DNA from: Candidatus Micrarchaeota archaeon
GTDB lineage: Archaea; Micrarchaeota; Micrarchaeia; Anstonellales; Bilamarchaeaceae
Direction of reading: 5' to 3'
DNA length: 64,000 bases
Assembly (NCBI GenBank): GCA_043821365.1
Contig: JBDRCX010000006.1
Span: 40,840-104,839 of the forward strand
Below the pieces are notes generated by a model. It was given only the letters and a program-made list of their open reading frames with translations. It made no database searches and had not been told where the DNA came from. Made by a program: the position numbers and the translations under genes. This document shows, piece by piece, positions 54,787 to 64,000 of the stretch (position 1 is its first letter; each line of letters starts with the position of its first letter).

Positions 54787-55887
54787 CTAACGTACCAGAG
54801 CACGTGCTTTCAAGACAGTGTTTCCATGCCCGCGATGACTTGGAAAACGCTTGGGGTCATCTATAAATGCTTCTCTTGCTCTTCTACAAACAGTATCACA
54901 TATTGTACCTGATTCAGACGTATGTGATCTTAGCCATCTTCTTGATTCAGAAATAAGATGTTCGATAAATAATAAACGATTAGACCGAATTTCATCATAA
55001 TTATGACCATACAAATCTCCCTCAAAAAAATCTGTTCGTGGAAATCTGGATGATTCACAACCTGTCACAAAACCATCATATGTGACTCTAAGAGGATGGA
55101 CATATAATTGCGGTGCTAAAGCAAGCATAGCTTCAACATTCCTCGTAGTGGTAGTACCAGAAAGTAAAATACGTGGTAGTGTAAGTGCTCTTCCACTACA
55201 CCTCAAAGAATCTTCGTTATACTCCAGAATTAATGGTGGTTTGGTAGTATTATATGAAGCTGCACCAAGATACATCTTTAATGGGGAGGCCATAAAGATC
55301 ACTCCAAATTTTTTATTTATCCAACGCCAAAGATCGCTTCTCTCGAAATTAGCACGGGTCATGTAAGGAAAGGTATGTTTAATAGCACGGTCAACGTGAA
55401 CAGCAAGTTCTTCAGGTATGCAACGAACACGCAAAGTCCATCCAAGGATACCAGAATCTCTAAACATCAATAATGTTTTTTTTATTCTAGCATCATGACC
55501 ATTAGAACCAAAGGGATGATGATTAATGGTGAAATTGATCTTTACTCCAGTTGAACAAAGTGTATTGACCTTTCTTAATTGTTGTAAAGTTAGTTGGCGA
55601 CTAACACCACCAGTTAAAACAAGAATTGATGGTGCAAAAGAAGATAAAAGACGTATTAGTTCAACAAATCCATGCACATACGCAGTTGGATCTCCCCCAC
55701 CAGCTAAAGCAAACATCTGAGAATTAGCAACGCCAGAAATACCAAAGAAGCCAGAGGTAAATATAGCCTCAATATCTTCTAATGGCATGGCTTGCCCATT
55801 TGGTAAACTTGAATCGCCGCAATGTTTGCAAAAATTCCCACAGCTAGATGTCGGATCAAGTTGCCCAATGATTAATTTATCTGCCAT
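54787..55887 (-). CDS. Radical SAM domain protein (paralog 2)
   Basis: CGNFCKHCG at residues 16-23. 366 aa with ATG at 55887 (the track has TTG at 55896). Shares end-to-end similarity with paralog 1. Confidence 0.55.
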   Translation of the reverse strand: MADKLIIGQLDPTSSCGNFCKHCGDSSLPNGQAMPLEDIEAIFTSGFFGISGVANSQMFALAGGGDPTAYVHGFVELIRLLSSFAPSILVLTGGVSRQLTLQQLRKVNTLCSTGVKINFTINHHPFGSNGHDARIKKTLLMFRDSGILGWTLRVRCIPEELAVHVDRAIKHTFPYMTRANFERSDLWRWINKKFGVIFMASPLKMYLGAASYNTTKPPLILEYNEDSLRCSGRALTLPRILLSGTTTTRNVEAMLALAPQLYVHPLRVTYDGFVTGCESSRFPRTDFFEGDLYGHNYDEIRSNRLLFIEHLISESRRWLRSHTSESGTICDTVCRRAREAFIDDPKRFPSHRGHGNTVLKARALVR

Positions 55888-55981
55888 ACTAAACAACTAT
55901 ATACAACAAGATTTAAATATCAGATAGACCAGATAAGAGATAGAAGGTCTGCTTTAAATAATATTTTTACTTATTCAAATC

Positions 55982-57718
55982 ATGCTTCTTTTTTCAGATG
56001 TTGCAAACTTTTTTCAAGAAATAGAAAAGCGCAGCGGTAGGCTGGAAATGACAGACCTACTGGCGAATCTTTTCAAGCAAACAACAGCAGATGAAATCGA
56101 TAGACTAGTTTATATCTTACAAGGAATTCTAGCTCCACCATATGAAGGAATTGATTTGGGAATGGGAGAAAGATTCGCACTTGCAGCAATTGCATCAAGT
56201 TCTGGCTATTCTACAGCAGAAGTTGAAAAGAATTATAAAAAAAGTGGGGATTTGGGGGATACTGCAGAAGAATTTCTTGGTAGAAAAAAACAAACTGCCC
56301 TATCAACAACAGACATGGGAGTAACCTACTTATTTGATGCTTTAATGAGGATTGCGAAGTCTTCTGGACCAGGAAGCCAAGACCAAAAAATAAAAATTCT
56401 TACAGAACTTCTGAATAACTCCACAGGTCTTGAATCAAGATACATAATTAGATATGTAACTGGGAGCCTCAGGCTTGGAGTGGGGGACCCCACAATCCTA
56501 GATGCGATTTCTGTTGCGCATGCTGGTGATAAATCACTTAGAGAAAAACTTGAACGTGCATATAATACTTGTTCAGATCTTGGGCATGTTGCAAAGGTAT
56601 TTTACCAGGATCCAAAAAAGATAGAGAAATTTGTAGTTACTCCATTCAAACCATTGATGCCTGCGTTAGCTGAAAGAGAGAACACTCCAGAAGCCATAAT
56701 TAAACGGTTAGAAAAATGCGGAATTGAAATGAAATATGATGGTTTCAGACTTCAATGCCATAAAAAAGGAGATAACGTAGAATTATACTCACGAAAACTC
56801 GAAAAAATGACAGCCATGTTTCCAGATGTTGTTGAGGCTGTAAAGCAGATTAAAGCTGATGAACTGATATTTGAAGGAGAAGCTCTTGCATTTGACAATA
56901 AGAACAATAGATATTTTTCATTCCAACAAACCATGCACAGAAGAAGAAAACATGGGATTGAAGATGCATCAAAGGAATTTCCATTAAATGTTTTTGTTTT
57001 TGATGTTCTTTATGTTGATGGTAAGGATATGACTGAGATAGCCTACAACAAGAGAAGAAAAATAATTGAAAAATTATTCAAAAAAGACATACTTAAACCA
57101 AGTGAAATGAAACTCGTAAGCAGTGCAAATGAACTTGAAAAGATATTCCAAAATTCTATTAGTCAAGGATTGGAAGGGATAATAGCCAAGGATTTGAATG
57201 CACCCTATACTGCAGGAAAAAGAAAATTTGCATGGATAAAACTGAAAAAATCCTATGGAAAGGCAGTCGATACTATAGATGCTGTTATTGTTGGATATTA
57301 TTTGGGGCAGGGATCTAGAGCTGAGTTTGAATTTGGTGGACTTTTGGTAGCAGTTTACAATCCAGATAGAGGGAAATTAGAAACTGTTGCAAGAATAGGA
57401 TCAGGATTTAGTGAGGACGAGATGAAGAATTTCAGTGAGATGCTTGGTAAAATAAAAACCAAAAAAGCACCCGCAAAACTAGACTATTCAGTTGAAAAAC
57501 CAGATTTCTGGGTAACCCCAAAATATGTTGTTGAGGTTGCTTTTGATGATATTACTCAGTCATCCATGCACACATGTGGAACTATGGGAGTTGAAGATGA
57601 GAAGGGGTATGCATTGAGATTCCCAAGATTGGTTAGATTGAGAGAGGATAAGGGAACAGAGGAAGTAACAACAACTGAAGAAGTAATTGGAATGTTTAGA
57701 TTACAACGAAGGGGGTAA
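55982..57718 (+). CDS. lig: ATP-dependent DNA ligase (Lig I family)
   Basis: Adenylation motif I EMKYDGFRLQ (KxDG). Motifs EGIIAKD and the conserved C-terminal OB-fold region are present. 578 aa. Confidence 0.75.
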   Translation: MLLFSDVANFFQEIEKRSGRLEMTDLLANLFKQTTADEIDRLVYILQGILAPPYEGIDLGMGERFALAAIASSSGYSTAEVEKNYKKSGDLGDTAEEFLGRKKQTALSTTDMGVTYLFDALMRIAKSSGPGSQDQKIKILTELLNNSTGLESRYIIRYVTGSLRLGVGDPTILDAISVAHAGDKSLREKLERAYNTCSDLGHVAKVFYQDPKKIEKFVVTPFKPLMPALAERENTPEAIIKRLEKCGIEMKYDGFRLQCHKKGDNVELYSRKLEKMTAMFPDVVEAVKQIKADELIFEGEALAFDNKNNRYFSFQQTMHRRRKHGIEDASKEFPLNVFVFDVLYVDGKDMTEIAYNKRRKIIEKLFKKDILKPSEMKLVSSANELEKIFQNSISQGLEGIIAKDLNAPYTAGKRKFAWIKLKKSYGKAVDTIDAVIVGYYLGQGSRAEFEFGGLLVAVYNPDRGKLETVARIGSGFSEDEMKNFSEMLGKIKTKKAPAKLDYSVEKPDFWVTPKYVVEVAFDDITQSSMHTCGTMGVEDEKGYALRFPRLVRLREDKGTEEVTTTEEVIGMFRLQRRG

Positions 57719-57745
57719 ACGCAAATTTTTAATGCTCACCTGATT

Positions 57746-59215
57746 ATGCTAATCATGAAAGTTGAATTGAAGAAAGGACATTTATCGGATCTTAAAGGAG
57801 GACTTCTTTGTGTTTTTGTAATGCAAGGAGAAGAATTACCATGGGATGTTAGACCATTCTTAGACGGAGTGTCAAAAGAGAGATTTGAAGGAAAACTTCT
57901 GCAGACATATTCAACTGACACACTAAAAAAAGCAAAGTTTTCTAAATTGCTTATTGTTGGTTTGGGTAAAAAAGAAGAATTCAAAACTGATTATTTGAGA
58001 AGAGCAGCAGGAACAGCAGTAAGATATGCAACTGGTTCAAAAGAAAAGGAATTGACAATTCATATTCCAAGCAAATTTGTTGGCAGACCAGAACTTTTGA
58101 AAATGATTCAGGCAACAACCGAAGGTGCGATTCTTGCTGGATATAAATTCCACCAGTATAAAACCAAGAAAGAGGATTTGTTTTTAGTTGAGAAAGTCAA
58201 TATTTTGAGCAATGAAGATATAAGAGATGGAATAACCCAGGGAATAGTTTATGCAGAAGCACAGAATTATGCACGTGAACTTGATGAACAGCCAGGGAAC
58301 ATAGCAAGTCCGCAGTGGGTTGCAAATGAAGCAAAAAAACTGGCTAAGAAACATGGATTACGTTTAACCATTTTGGACAAACATGCAATGAAAAGAAAGG
58401 AGATGAATGCGCTTCTAGGCGTTGCACAGGGAAGTGGATATGACCCCTACCTCCTGAAATTAGAGTACAATAAAGGAAAAACTCCAACATATTGTGTTGT
58501 TGGTAAAGGAGTCATTTTCGATAGTGGTGGGATAAGCCTAAAACCATCACCAAATATGCACGAGATGAAATATGATAAAACAGGTGCAATAAATGTGCTT
58601 GGAGTTATGAAAGCAGTTGCTGAACTAAAACTACCAGTTAGAGTTGTTGGGATAATGCCAATGGTAGAGAACATGCCTTCAGGAACTGCCCAAAGACCAG
58701 GCGACATAGTAAAATCATATAGTGGAAAAACAATCGAAGTGCTTAATACTGATGCAGAGGGAAGGCTGATTCTTGCTGATGCGCTGGCTTATGCAACTGA
58801 AGAAAAGCCAAAATACATGATAGACATGGCAACCCTGACAGGTGCAATGGTTGTAAGCCTTGGAAGACATGCAATTGGTTTATTCTCCAATGATGATAAT
58901 CTTTCTGAGACGATAAAGGATGCAGGAGAAGAAACTCATGAGAGAATTTGGAGAATGCCACTTTGGCAGGAATACAGCGAGATGATGAAGTCTGAATTTG
59001 CTGATGTTAAAAATATATCAGAAGTTGGAGAAGCAGGATCAATAACTGCAGCTGCGTTCTTGAAAGAATTCATAGGAAAAACAAAATGGGCACATTTAGA
59101 TATTGCCGGGGTTGACCACACAAAACCACCTCACCCATATTTTGACAAAGGTGCAACTGGGATTGGAGTAAGATTGGTGACTAAAACTTTGGCGAAATTA
59201 GCTAAAAAGAAATAA
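57746..59215 (+). CDS. pepA: Leucyl aminopeptidase (M17 family)
   Basis: M17 signature NTDAEGRLILADAL. Metal ligands are in VGKGVIFDSGG. 489 aa. Confidence 0.75.
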   Translation: MLIMKVELKKGHLSDLKGGLLCVFVMQGEELPWDVRPFLDGVSKERFEGKLLQTYSTDTLKKAKFSKLLIVGLGKKEEFKTDYLRRAAGTAVRYATGSKEKELTIHIPSKFVGRPELLKMIQATTEGAILAGYKFHQYKTKKEDLFLVEKVNILSNEDIRDGITQGIVYAEAQNYARELDEQPGNIASPQWVANEAKKLAKKHGLRLTILDKHAMKRKEMNALLGVAQGSGYDPYLLKLEYNKGKTPTYCVVGKGVIFDSGGISLKPSPNMHEMKYDKTGAINVLGVMKAVAELKLPVRVVGIMPMVENMPSGTAQRPGDIVKSYSGKTIEVLNTDAEGRLILADALAYATEEKPKYMIDMATLTGAMVVSLGRHAIGLFSNDDNLSETIKDAGEETHERIWRMPLWQEYSEMMKSEFADVKNISEVGEAGSITAAAFLKEFIGKTKWAHLDIAGVDHTKPPHPYFDKGATGIGVRLVTKTLAKLAKKK

Positions 59216-59218
59216 TGA

Positions 59219-59962
59219 CTAAAATTCCAACTGAACAGAATTTCTTAATTCACCAAATTCAGTTGAATAAATAGTAACTTTATCGCCAGCCTGTGCATAG
59301 CAACGTTTTGGTAATATTAATCCAGTCCCTGCTAGGATAATTGTTCCTTTTGGCAAGAAACCATCTTGACCAATAGTTATTCTTTTTGATTGTGGCAGCG
59401 GCCCCAACTGAAGTAGTTCCTCCCTACGTGCAAATATTAATTCTGGAAATTCAGCAAACTCTCTTAATCTCTGAGAAGTGGAATATGAATTATCATATAT
59501 GGTGCTTCCATCTCTAATTATTCTTAGTCCGATTTCAATTTCATTCACATTTCCAACCTTACTGGCACGGTAAAATCTCGTTCCAATGCTACAACTTCCT
59601 GGCCAACACTTTCCAAAATAAGTTGGATCATAATCTGTTTTTGATCTTTCGAATTCAATATTCGCTGCAGTAAGATCATTTGCTAGAGCATATGCAACTA
59701 TAGTATGTTTTGGACCAAGTAATAATGCAAGTTCAGGTTCATACCAATGATCAGTTTGTTTGCCAGTTTCTGGATGTTTTCTTAATACTAAAGACCCACC
59801 ACCACGAATAATATCCTCTGGATTTTCTACTTTTTTGAAATAGGAAAATGCATCTTTTCCTTTGTGTGAACTATGATCTGCACGATCTTTTGCAAAAGAA
59901 TCTCTAACTGCAAGACTAACTCGGTATGTATATGCACATCCAATAACTTGAATAATTCTCAT
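59219..59962 (-). CDS. Fumarylacetoacetate hydrolase (FAH)-family protein
   Basis: YEPELALLLGPK corresponds to the FAH-family E-x-E-L-A/V motif. ATG at 59962 (MRIIQVIG...); the track ORF extends to 60052 and overlaps the next gene. Confidence 0.5.
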   Translation of the reverse strand: MRIIQVIGCAYTYRVSLAVRDSFAKDRADHSSHKGKDAFSYFKKVENPEDIIRGGGSLVLRKHPETGKQTDHWYEPELALLLGPKHTIVAYALANDLTAANIEFERSKTDYDPTYFGKCWPGSCSIGTRFYRASKVGNVNEIEIGLRIIRDGSTIYDNSYSTSQRLREFAEFPELIFARREELLQLGPLPQSKRITIGQDGFLPKGTIILAGTGLILPKRCYAQAGDKVTIYSTEFGELRNSVQLEF

Positions 59963-59966
59963 TTTA

Positions 59967-61181
59967 TCACCTTCCAAATTTTGCAACCAACTTGTCTCGT
60001 ATCTGGTCTTTTTTTCTAAGAAGAGCAAGATCATGTTTTCTAATCCAATCATTTGCTTTTGATTGGTCTAGAATACCTTGTTCAACAAGTATTCTGGTGT
60101 TTGTTAGCCTGCCAGTTAGATGAGCAGTTATTTGTGCTAATCCTGGCGCCACCAATTCATCTGAGCCAAAACAAATAGTGTGTAAAGCCATGTTCCTCTC
60201 ATGAGCTGCTTTGACCAGGCTCTTTGTTTTGATTTCTTCTAAAGTTGTTGCAAGCACAATTTCAACGTCGCCTTTTCTTCCGTTGTCTTGAACCTCTATT
60301 GCTTGATTGAAACCACAACCCCCATCATTACCAACTCCAGTCATATGACAGGGAAGTAAGCCTGAGAGAACTAGATTCGACCAAATTTCTCTTGTTTCAT
60401 CTCTAGCATCCCAAACCAGATTGTGTGCCATATGCTCTGCAGGGGCAACCAACAACCCATCAGTTGCATCAACTCTTACAATTGCCCTTTGTTTGAAAGC
60501 AGAGACAATATCTTCAACAATTTTTAGAAGTAATTCTGGCTCGATAATTCTTACTACTCCATCAACTAATTTTTCTAAATAAATTTCTCTGGTTGTTTCT
60601 ATTGATTCCGATTTGCCTGATAATAGAAGACCAACCTGTCTTGCAAGTATAAGCAAAGTTGCAATTGTAACTTCCTCTAGTTTTTGTTGGTCTTGAAGAG
60701 GAATGATAATGAGATGGTCTGGAACGTTTTGTTTTGTAATTAACCCATTTGCACTTATTGAGACGGTTCTGGCACCAGATTTCCTAGAAAGTGCTGACGC
60801 GCCCAAGATATTGCATGAGTTTCCGCTTGCACTAACCAAAATTACAAGATCTCCTTTTCTGGCTCTTCTGGTAAGTATATGGTCGAATAATGATTCGCTT
60901 CTTCTGGATAGGATTCCATCAAGTTTTGGATTGCCAAAACTACCAAATTTAATAGTAGGATCAACTTCTCGTTCAAGAGCAAAAAGGAATGAATCAGCCT
61001 CTGCGTGGCTGCCTCCATTTCCAAAGGCAAAAATATTTCCATTAGCACTTATTGTTTGGACAATATCATGAATGATTGGAATTAGAGAGTGATTGCAAAC
61101 TTCCCTTAGACCTGCCACCACATCTTGGACATATTCTTGTATAAATATACCGAGATCTTTTTCGAATTGTGGTGGGAACAT
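59967..61181 (-). CDS. SIS-domain protein (GmhA/phosphoheptose-isomerase-like N-domain) with a roughly 200-aa C-terminal extension
   Basis: FAFGNGGSHAEADSF and VILVSASGNSCNILGA are SIS motifs in the first roughly 190 aa. The C-terminal half has no recognisable motif. 404 aa. Confidence 0.45.
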   Translation of the reverse strand: MFPPQFEKDLGIFIQEYVQDVVAGLREVCNHSLIPIIHDIVQTISANGNIFAFGNGGSHAEADSFLFALEREVDPTIKFGSFGNPKLDGILSRRSESLFDHILTRRARKGDLVILVSASGNSCNILGASALSRKSGARTVSISANGLITKQNVPDHLIIIPLQDQQKLEEVTIATLLILARQVGLLLSGKSESIETTREIYLEKLVDGVVRIIEPELLLKIVEDIVSAFKQRAIVRVDATDGLLVAPAEHMAHNLVWDARDETREIWSNLVLSGLLPCHMTGVGNDGGCGFNQAIEVQDNGRKGDVEIVLATTLEEIKTKSLVKAAHERNMALHTICFGSDELVAPGLAQITAHLTGRLTNTRILVEQGILDQSKANDWIRKHDLALLRKKDQIRDKLVAKFGR

Positions 61182-61277
61182 ATGTTTACTAATGTATTTT
61201 CTTATATATTAAATATGTTAATAAAAAATTACACAAAATGAAAATATTTATATATTAAATTGCAAATAGAGTAAAAT

Positions 61278-62264
61278 ATGAAGAAATATGGGCTTGATTT
61301 ATTAGATAGAAAGATACTTTATGAACTTGATAAGAACAGTAGGATGACATTCAAACAGCTTGGGAAAAAAATAGGCATATCAAAAGAAACTGCAACTTTT
61401 AGAGTAAAACGCCTAGTAAAAAACAAGTATATCAAAAATTTTATAACGACAATTCATACTTCGAATCTGAATCGTTTTTACTATAAACTTTTTTACAAAT
61501 TTTATGGTACAACACCTGAAATAGATAGGGAGATTGTTGATTATATACAAAATTATCAATCAGTTGCTTATTTTGCAAGTTCAGAAGGTAGATATGACGT
61601 GCTATTCTTGATACTTGCAAAAGATATGAGAGATTTATATAAATTTTTAGTTCTGTTTAGAGAAAGATTTGGAGGTTATATATTAGAACAGGAAATTGTT
61701 ACTCTGCCATCAGTACATAGGTTTAATTTTAGGTTTTTTTACGAAGACGGAGAACTCCTGCATACAAAATATCCTGTTGAATTAGTGGAACCTAGGATAG
61801 ACGAAATGGATTACAAGATAATATCAGAAATAGCAAAAAATGCCCGTATTTCATTAACAGAAATTGCAAAGATAACAAAAACAGACATTAATGTGATTAA
61901 ATATAGAATGAACAAATTGAAAAAATCAAATATAATTGGTACTCATGTATTAGAGATAAATTTTGAGAAGTTCGGCCTCCAACAAATACAAATAGGGTAT
62001 ACATTGAAGAATCACAAATCAATAAACAAAATGATAGAATATGTTGCACAGAACCCAAAATCAACATTTGCAACAGTTATGTTAGGAAAGTACGATCTTG
62101 CAGTTGAATTCTTTGTAGAGAATATGGAAGAACTTCGTAGGATAATGAATGGGATAAAAAAAGAGTTCTCAGGAGATATCACAAATCATGATGTTTTCAT
62201 ACTAAAAGAACACACCCTGAACTGGTTCCCATATAAGCTTGGTAATTTTGAAACTAAGGAATAA
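61278..62264 (+). CDS. Tandem-duplicated Lrp/AsnC-family transcriptional regulator (two HTH+RAM units)
   Basis: Two HTH_AsnC-type segments: LDRKILYELDKNSRMTFKQLGKKIGISKETATFRVKRL at the N-terminus and MDYKIISEIAKNARISLTEIAKITKTDINVIKYRMNKL at about residue 180. 328 aa. Confidence 0.55.
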   Translation: MKKYGLDLLDRKILYELDKNSRMTFKQLGKKIGISKETATFRVKRLVKNKYIKNFITTIHTSNLNRFYYKLFYKFYGTTPEIDREIVDYIQNYQSVAYFASSEGRYDVLFLILAKDMRDLYKFLVLFRERFGGYILEQEIVTLPSVHRFNFRFFYEDGELLHTKYPVELVEPRIDEMDYKIISEIAKNARISLTEIAKITKTDINVIKYRMNKLKKSNIIGTHVLEINFEKFGLQQIQIGYTLKNHKSINKMIEYVAQNPKSTFATVMLGKYDLAVEFFVENMEELRRIMNGIKKEFSGDITNHDVFILKEHTLNWFPYKLGNFETKE

Positions 62265-62308
62265 AAACACTAGCAATGAAGTGAATATGGATACAAAAAG
62301 AACAGTGT

Positions 62309-62719
62309 GTGATAGGTATGGTTAGATATGTTTTCAATGAATTCTCAATAGAGTGGCTTAAAGAACAAAAATTCACAGATTATGAGATAGATGATGCTCA
62401 AAATCTATTGAATAAGGTTGAAGCACAGAGAGACAATAAAGAACTAATTAAGAGGCTCGTGCAGGGAAAAAGTCCAAGAATAGATGCAATAATTTCATTG
62501 CTTAGTTCAATAACAGATGCAGAAGGAAGACCAATTTGTTTTGAAGATAATGGAATGATAGACATACCAGACGAAGCACGAGAATATTTTGAGCATGATT
62601 TGGAGTTTGAAGAATTAGATATATTTGTCGGCAAACTAAAGAACATAAAATTTGCAAAACGATTCTCATACCCAAAAAGAAGAAGTGACAAAAAAGGAGA
62701 ACGACACAAATCGCTTTAA
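62309..62719 (+). CDS. Hypothetical protein (136 aa)
   Basis: Clean ORF with charged residues. No recognisable family. Confidence 0.35.
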   Translation: MIGMVRYVFNEFSIEWLKEQKFTDYEIDDAQNLLNKVEAQRDNKELIKRLVQGKSPRIDAIISLLSSITDAEGRPICFEDNGMIDIPDEAREYFEHDLEFEELDIFVGKLKNIKFAKRFSYPKRRSDKKGERHKSL

Positions 62720-63006
62720 CGAATAATTACAAATCCTTTGAATTTTTCTTCTGACTCAATCCAAGCATATTCCAGTTCAGAGACATCTGCACCAGATGGT
62801 CCGTGATAACACCATTCAAGTAATTTTTCTAATCCTTGTCTGTCTCCTTGAGCCATTATCTCTACTGATCCATCTTCCCTATTTTTTACCCAGCCAGTTA
62901 GACCAAGTTTAAGTGCCATGGTCTGAGTATTGGCTCGGAAGAAAACTCCTTGCACATGACCAAAAACTTGAATGATAATTGTTTGAAACATAAAAGGAAT
63001 AGACAA
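62716..63006 (-). CDS. acyP: Acylphosphatase
   Basis: The VxGxVQGVFFR signature (IIQVFGHVQGVFFRANT) and a later GWV.N..DGSVE motif. 96 aa. Confidence 0.7.
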   Translation of the reverse strand: MSIPFMFQTIIIQVFGHVQGVFFRANTQTMALKLGLTGWVKNREDGSVEIMAQGDRQGLEKLLEWCYHGPSGADVSELEYAWIESEEKFKGFVIIR

Positions 63007-63043
63007 AAAAACACTAAAAATATGAGTGTGGGAATTTAATTAT

Positions 63044-63829
63044 CTACATAGCTGTTCTCAAATCAAGAAACGCACCATTAAGATTAGAAAGTATTTCTTT
63101 ACCAACCTCAGTAGAAGGATCTGTGTTTATTGACATTGCATCATCTTTAGTTCTTCCTTTAGAACCACTACCAAATCTGCGTAAAAGATCAACTGATTCC
63201 AGATAGGCTAGAAAAGTTTTTGGTGAAACACTACAATGTCTTGAAATACTTGAACGGATTTTAGGCCCTTGATAATGTGAAAATCCAACAGCTCCACCTC
63301 CGCTTCCCTTACCAAAATCAAATCCTTTACAAATACCAAATACAACATCTCTTGATGTTAATCCAGCAGCACGAATATGTTCATCAGTAGCAGAAGAAAA
63401 TGAAATACTACCTAAAAATTCCTCTTTGGAAGCAAATCCATTTGAACCTGTAGAATCAGAAGGTAGTTGAACCGACTTGTGTTTATCTCTGCGTATGCAA
63501 TGTAGTCTGTATCTTTTGACTATCTTATCAAAATCCCTGGTGCCATTGTTTATACGAGTTACATAAAAACTTGCTGGAATTGATTCTTTTTCAAGTCTGC
63601 GTACAAGATCTTTTAGCAAACGATTATTGGCACGTCTTTCACGAATTTGTTGGATTTCGCTTGGGCTTGGATGGGTTGCAAGATGATAAAGTCCTGGAAA
63701 CTCCCTACGAACACACTTGAGTTCCTCTTTTTCAGTTCTTTTTGGAGATGCGGTTGGATCAACCCAATATGCTTCTGCAGCTATGCTCAATACCTTGGGA
63801 GGTTCAAGATCTTCCCATTGGGTACGCAA
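63044..63829 (-). CDS. Hypothetical protein (261 aa or more)
   Basis: Long ORF near the window end. Gly-rich segment GFDFGKGSGGGAVGF. No family recognised. Confidence 0.35.
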   Translation of the reverse strand: MRTQWEDLEPPKVLSIAAEAYWVDPTASPKRTEKEELKCVRREFPGLYHLATHPSPSEIQQIRERRANNRLLKDLVRRLEKESIPASFYVTRINNGTRDFDKIVKRYRLHCIRRDKHKSVQLPSDSTGSNGFASKEEFLGSISFSSATDEHIRAAGLTSRDVVFGICKGFDFGKGSGGGAVGFSHYQGPKIRSSISRHCSVSPKTFLAYLESVDLLRRFGSGSKGRTKDDAMSINTDPSTEVGKEILSNLNGAFLDLRTAM

Positions 63830-64000
63830 TTCTGCAAATGCTTGTCGATATACAATTTTACGCTTTTCTAACCTTAATTGTTTACGCTTTGCATCTGTAG
63901 AAGCTGCACGTGTTCTTCTTTCGATATCGCAGAGTTTCTTAAATCGATCATCATAGTTAGGATTAGCAAGGTAAAGAAGTGCATCTAACGAACATGTCTC

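Overview
AT-rich (roughly 35-40% GC) archaeal chromosomal segment. Archaeal hallmarks: an rpoE'-spt4 operon, TrmB-like and Lrp/AsnC regulators, an EndoQ-like PHP nuclease, a PRC-barrel protein, TATA boxes about 20-30 nt upstream of several start codons (leaderless-style), and a tRNA-Ala gene interrupted by about 190 nt of intronic sequence. I cannot assign the lineage; a thaumarchaeal or DPANN-like archaeon is plausible. Housekeeping genes include guaA subunit B, secF/secD, a class-I aminotransferase, endonuclease IV, ATP-dependent DNA ligase, leucyl aminopeptidase, a VIT iron transporter, acylphosphatase and a myo-inositol-1-phosphate synthase. Two accessory blocks stand out. (1) 8.4-16.3 kb (possibly extending to 19.2 kb, next to the tRNA): a minus-strand, translationally coupled operon of five large proteins unusually rich in Ala/Pro/Asp/Glu/Arg. 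It includes a 730-aa protein with a C-terminal PP2C phosphatase domain and two coiled-coil or disordered proteins, followed by a HAD hydrolase and a Cys-rich tandem-repeat lipoprotein. (2) 30.1-55.9 kb: a large expansion of a cysteine-rich protein family that I do not recognise. It comprises 14 ORFs, equivalent to 10 two-module units. Six are fused N+C proteins of about 520-580 aa. Four are split into an N-module gene and a C-module gene, always broken at the same linker and with overlapping stop/start codons. The units are arranged as two convergent arrays that meet at a HerA/FtsK-like (DUF87) ATPase. Three divergent TrmB-like regulators and two HTH_10 (Bat-like) regulators are interspersed. 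Two paralogous radical-SAM enzymes bracketing the inositol-phosphate synthase lie at the head of the minus-strand array. A 54-nt tandem repeat and a conserved GC-rich intergenic motif lie inside this block. I consider this block the candidate undescribed system; its function is unknown.
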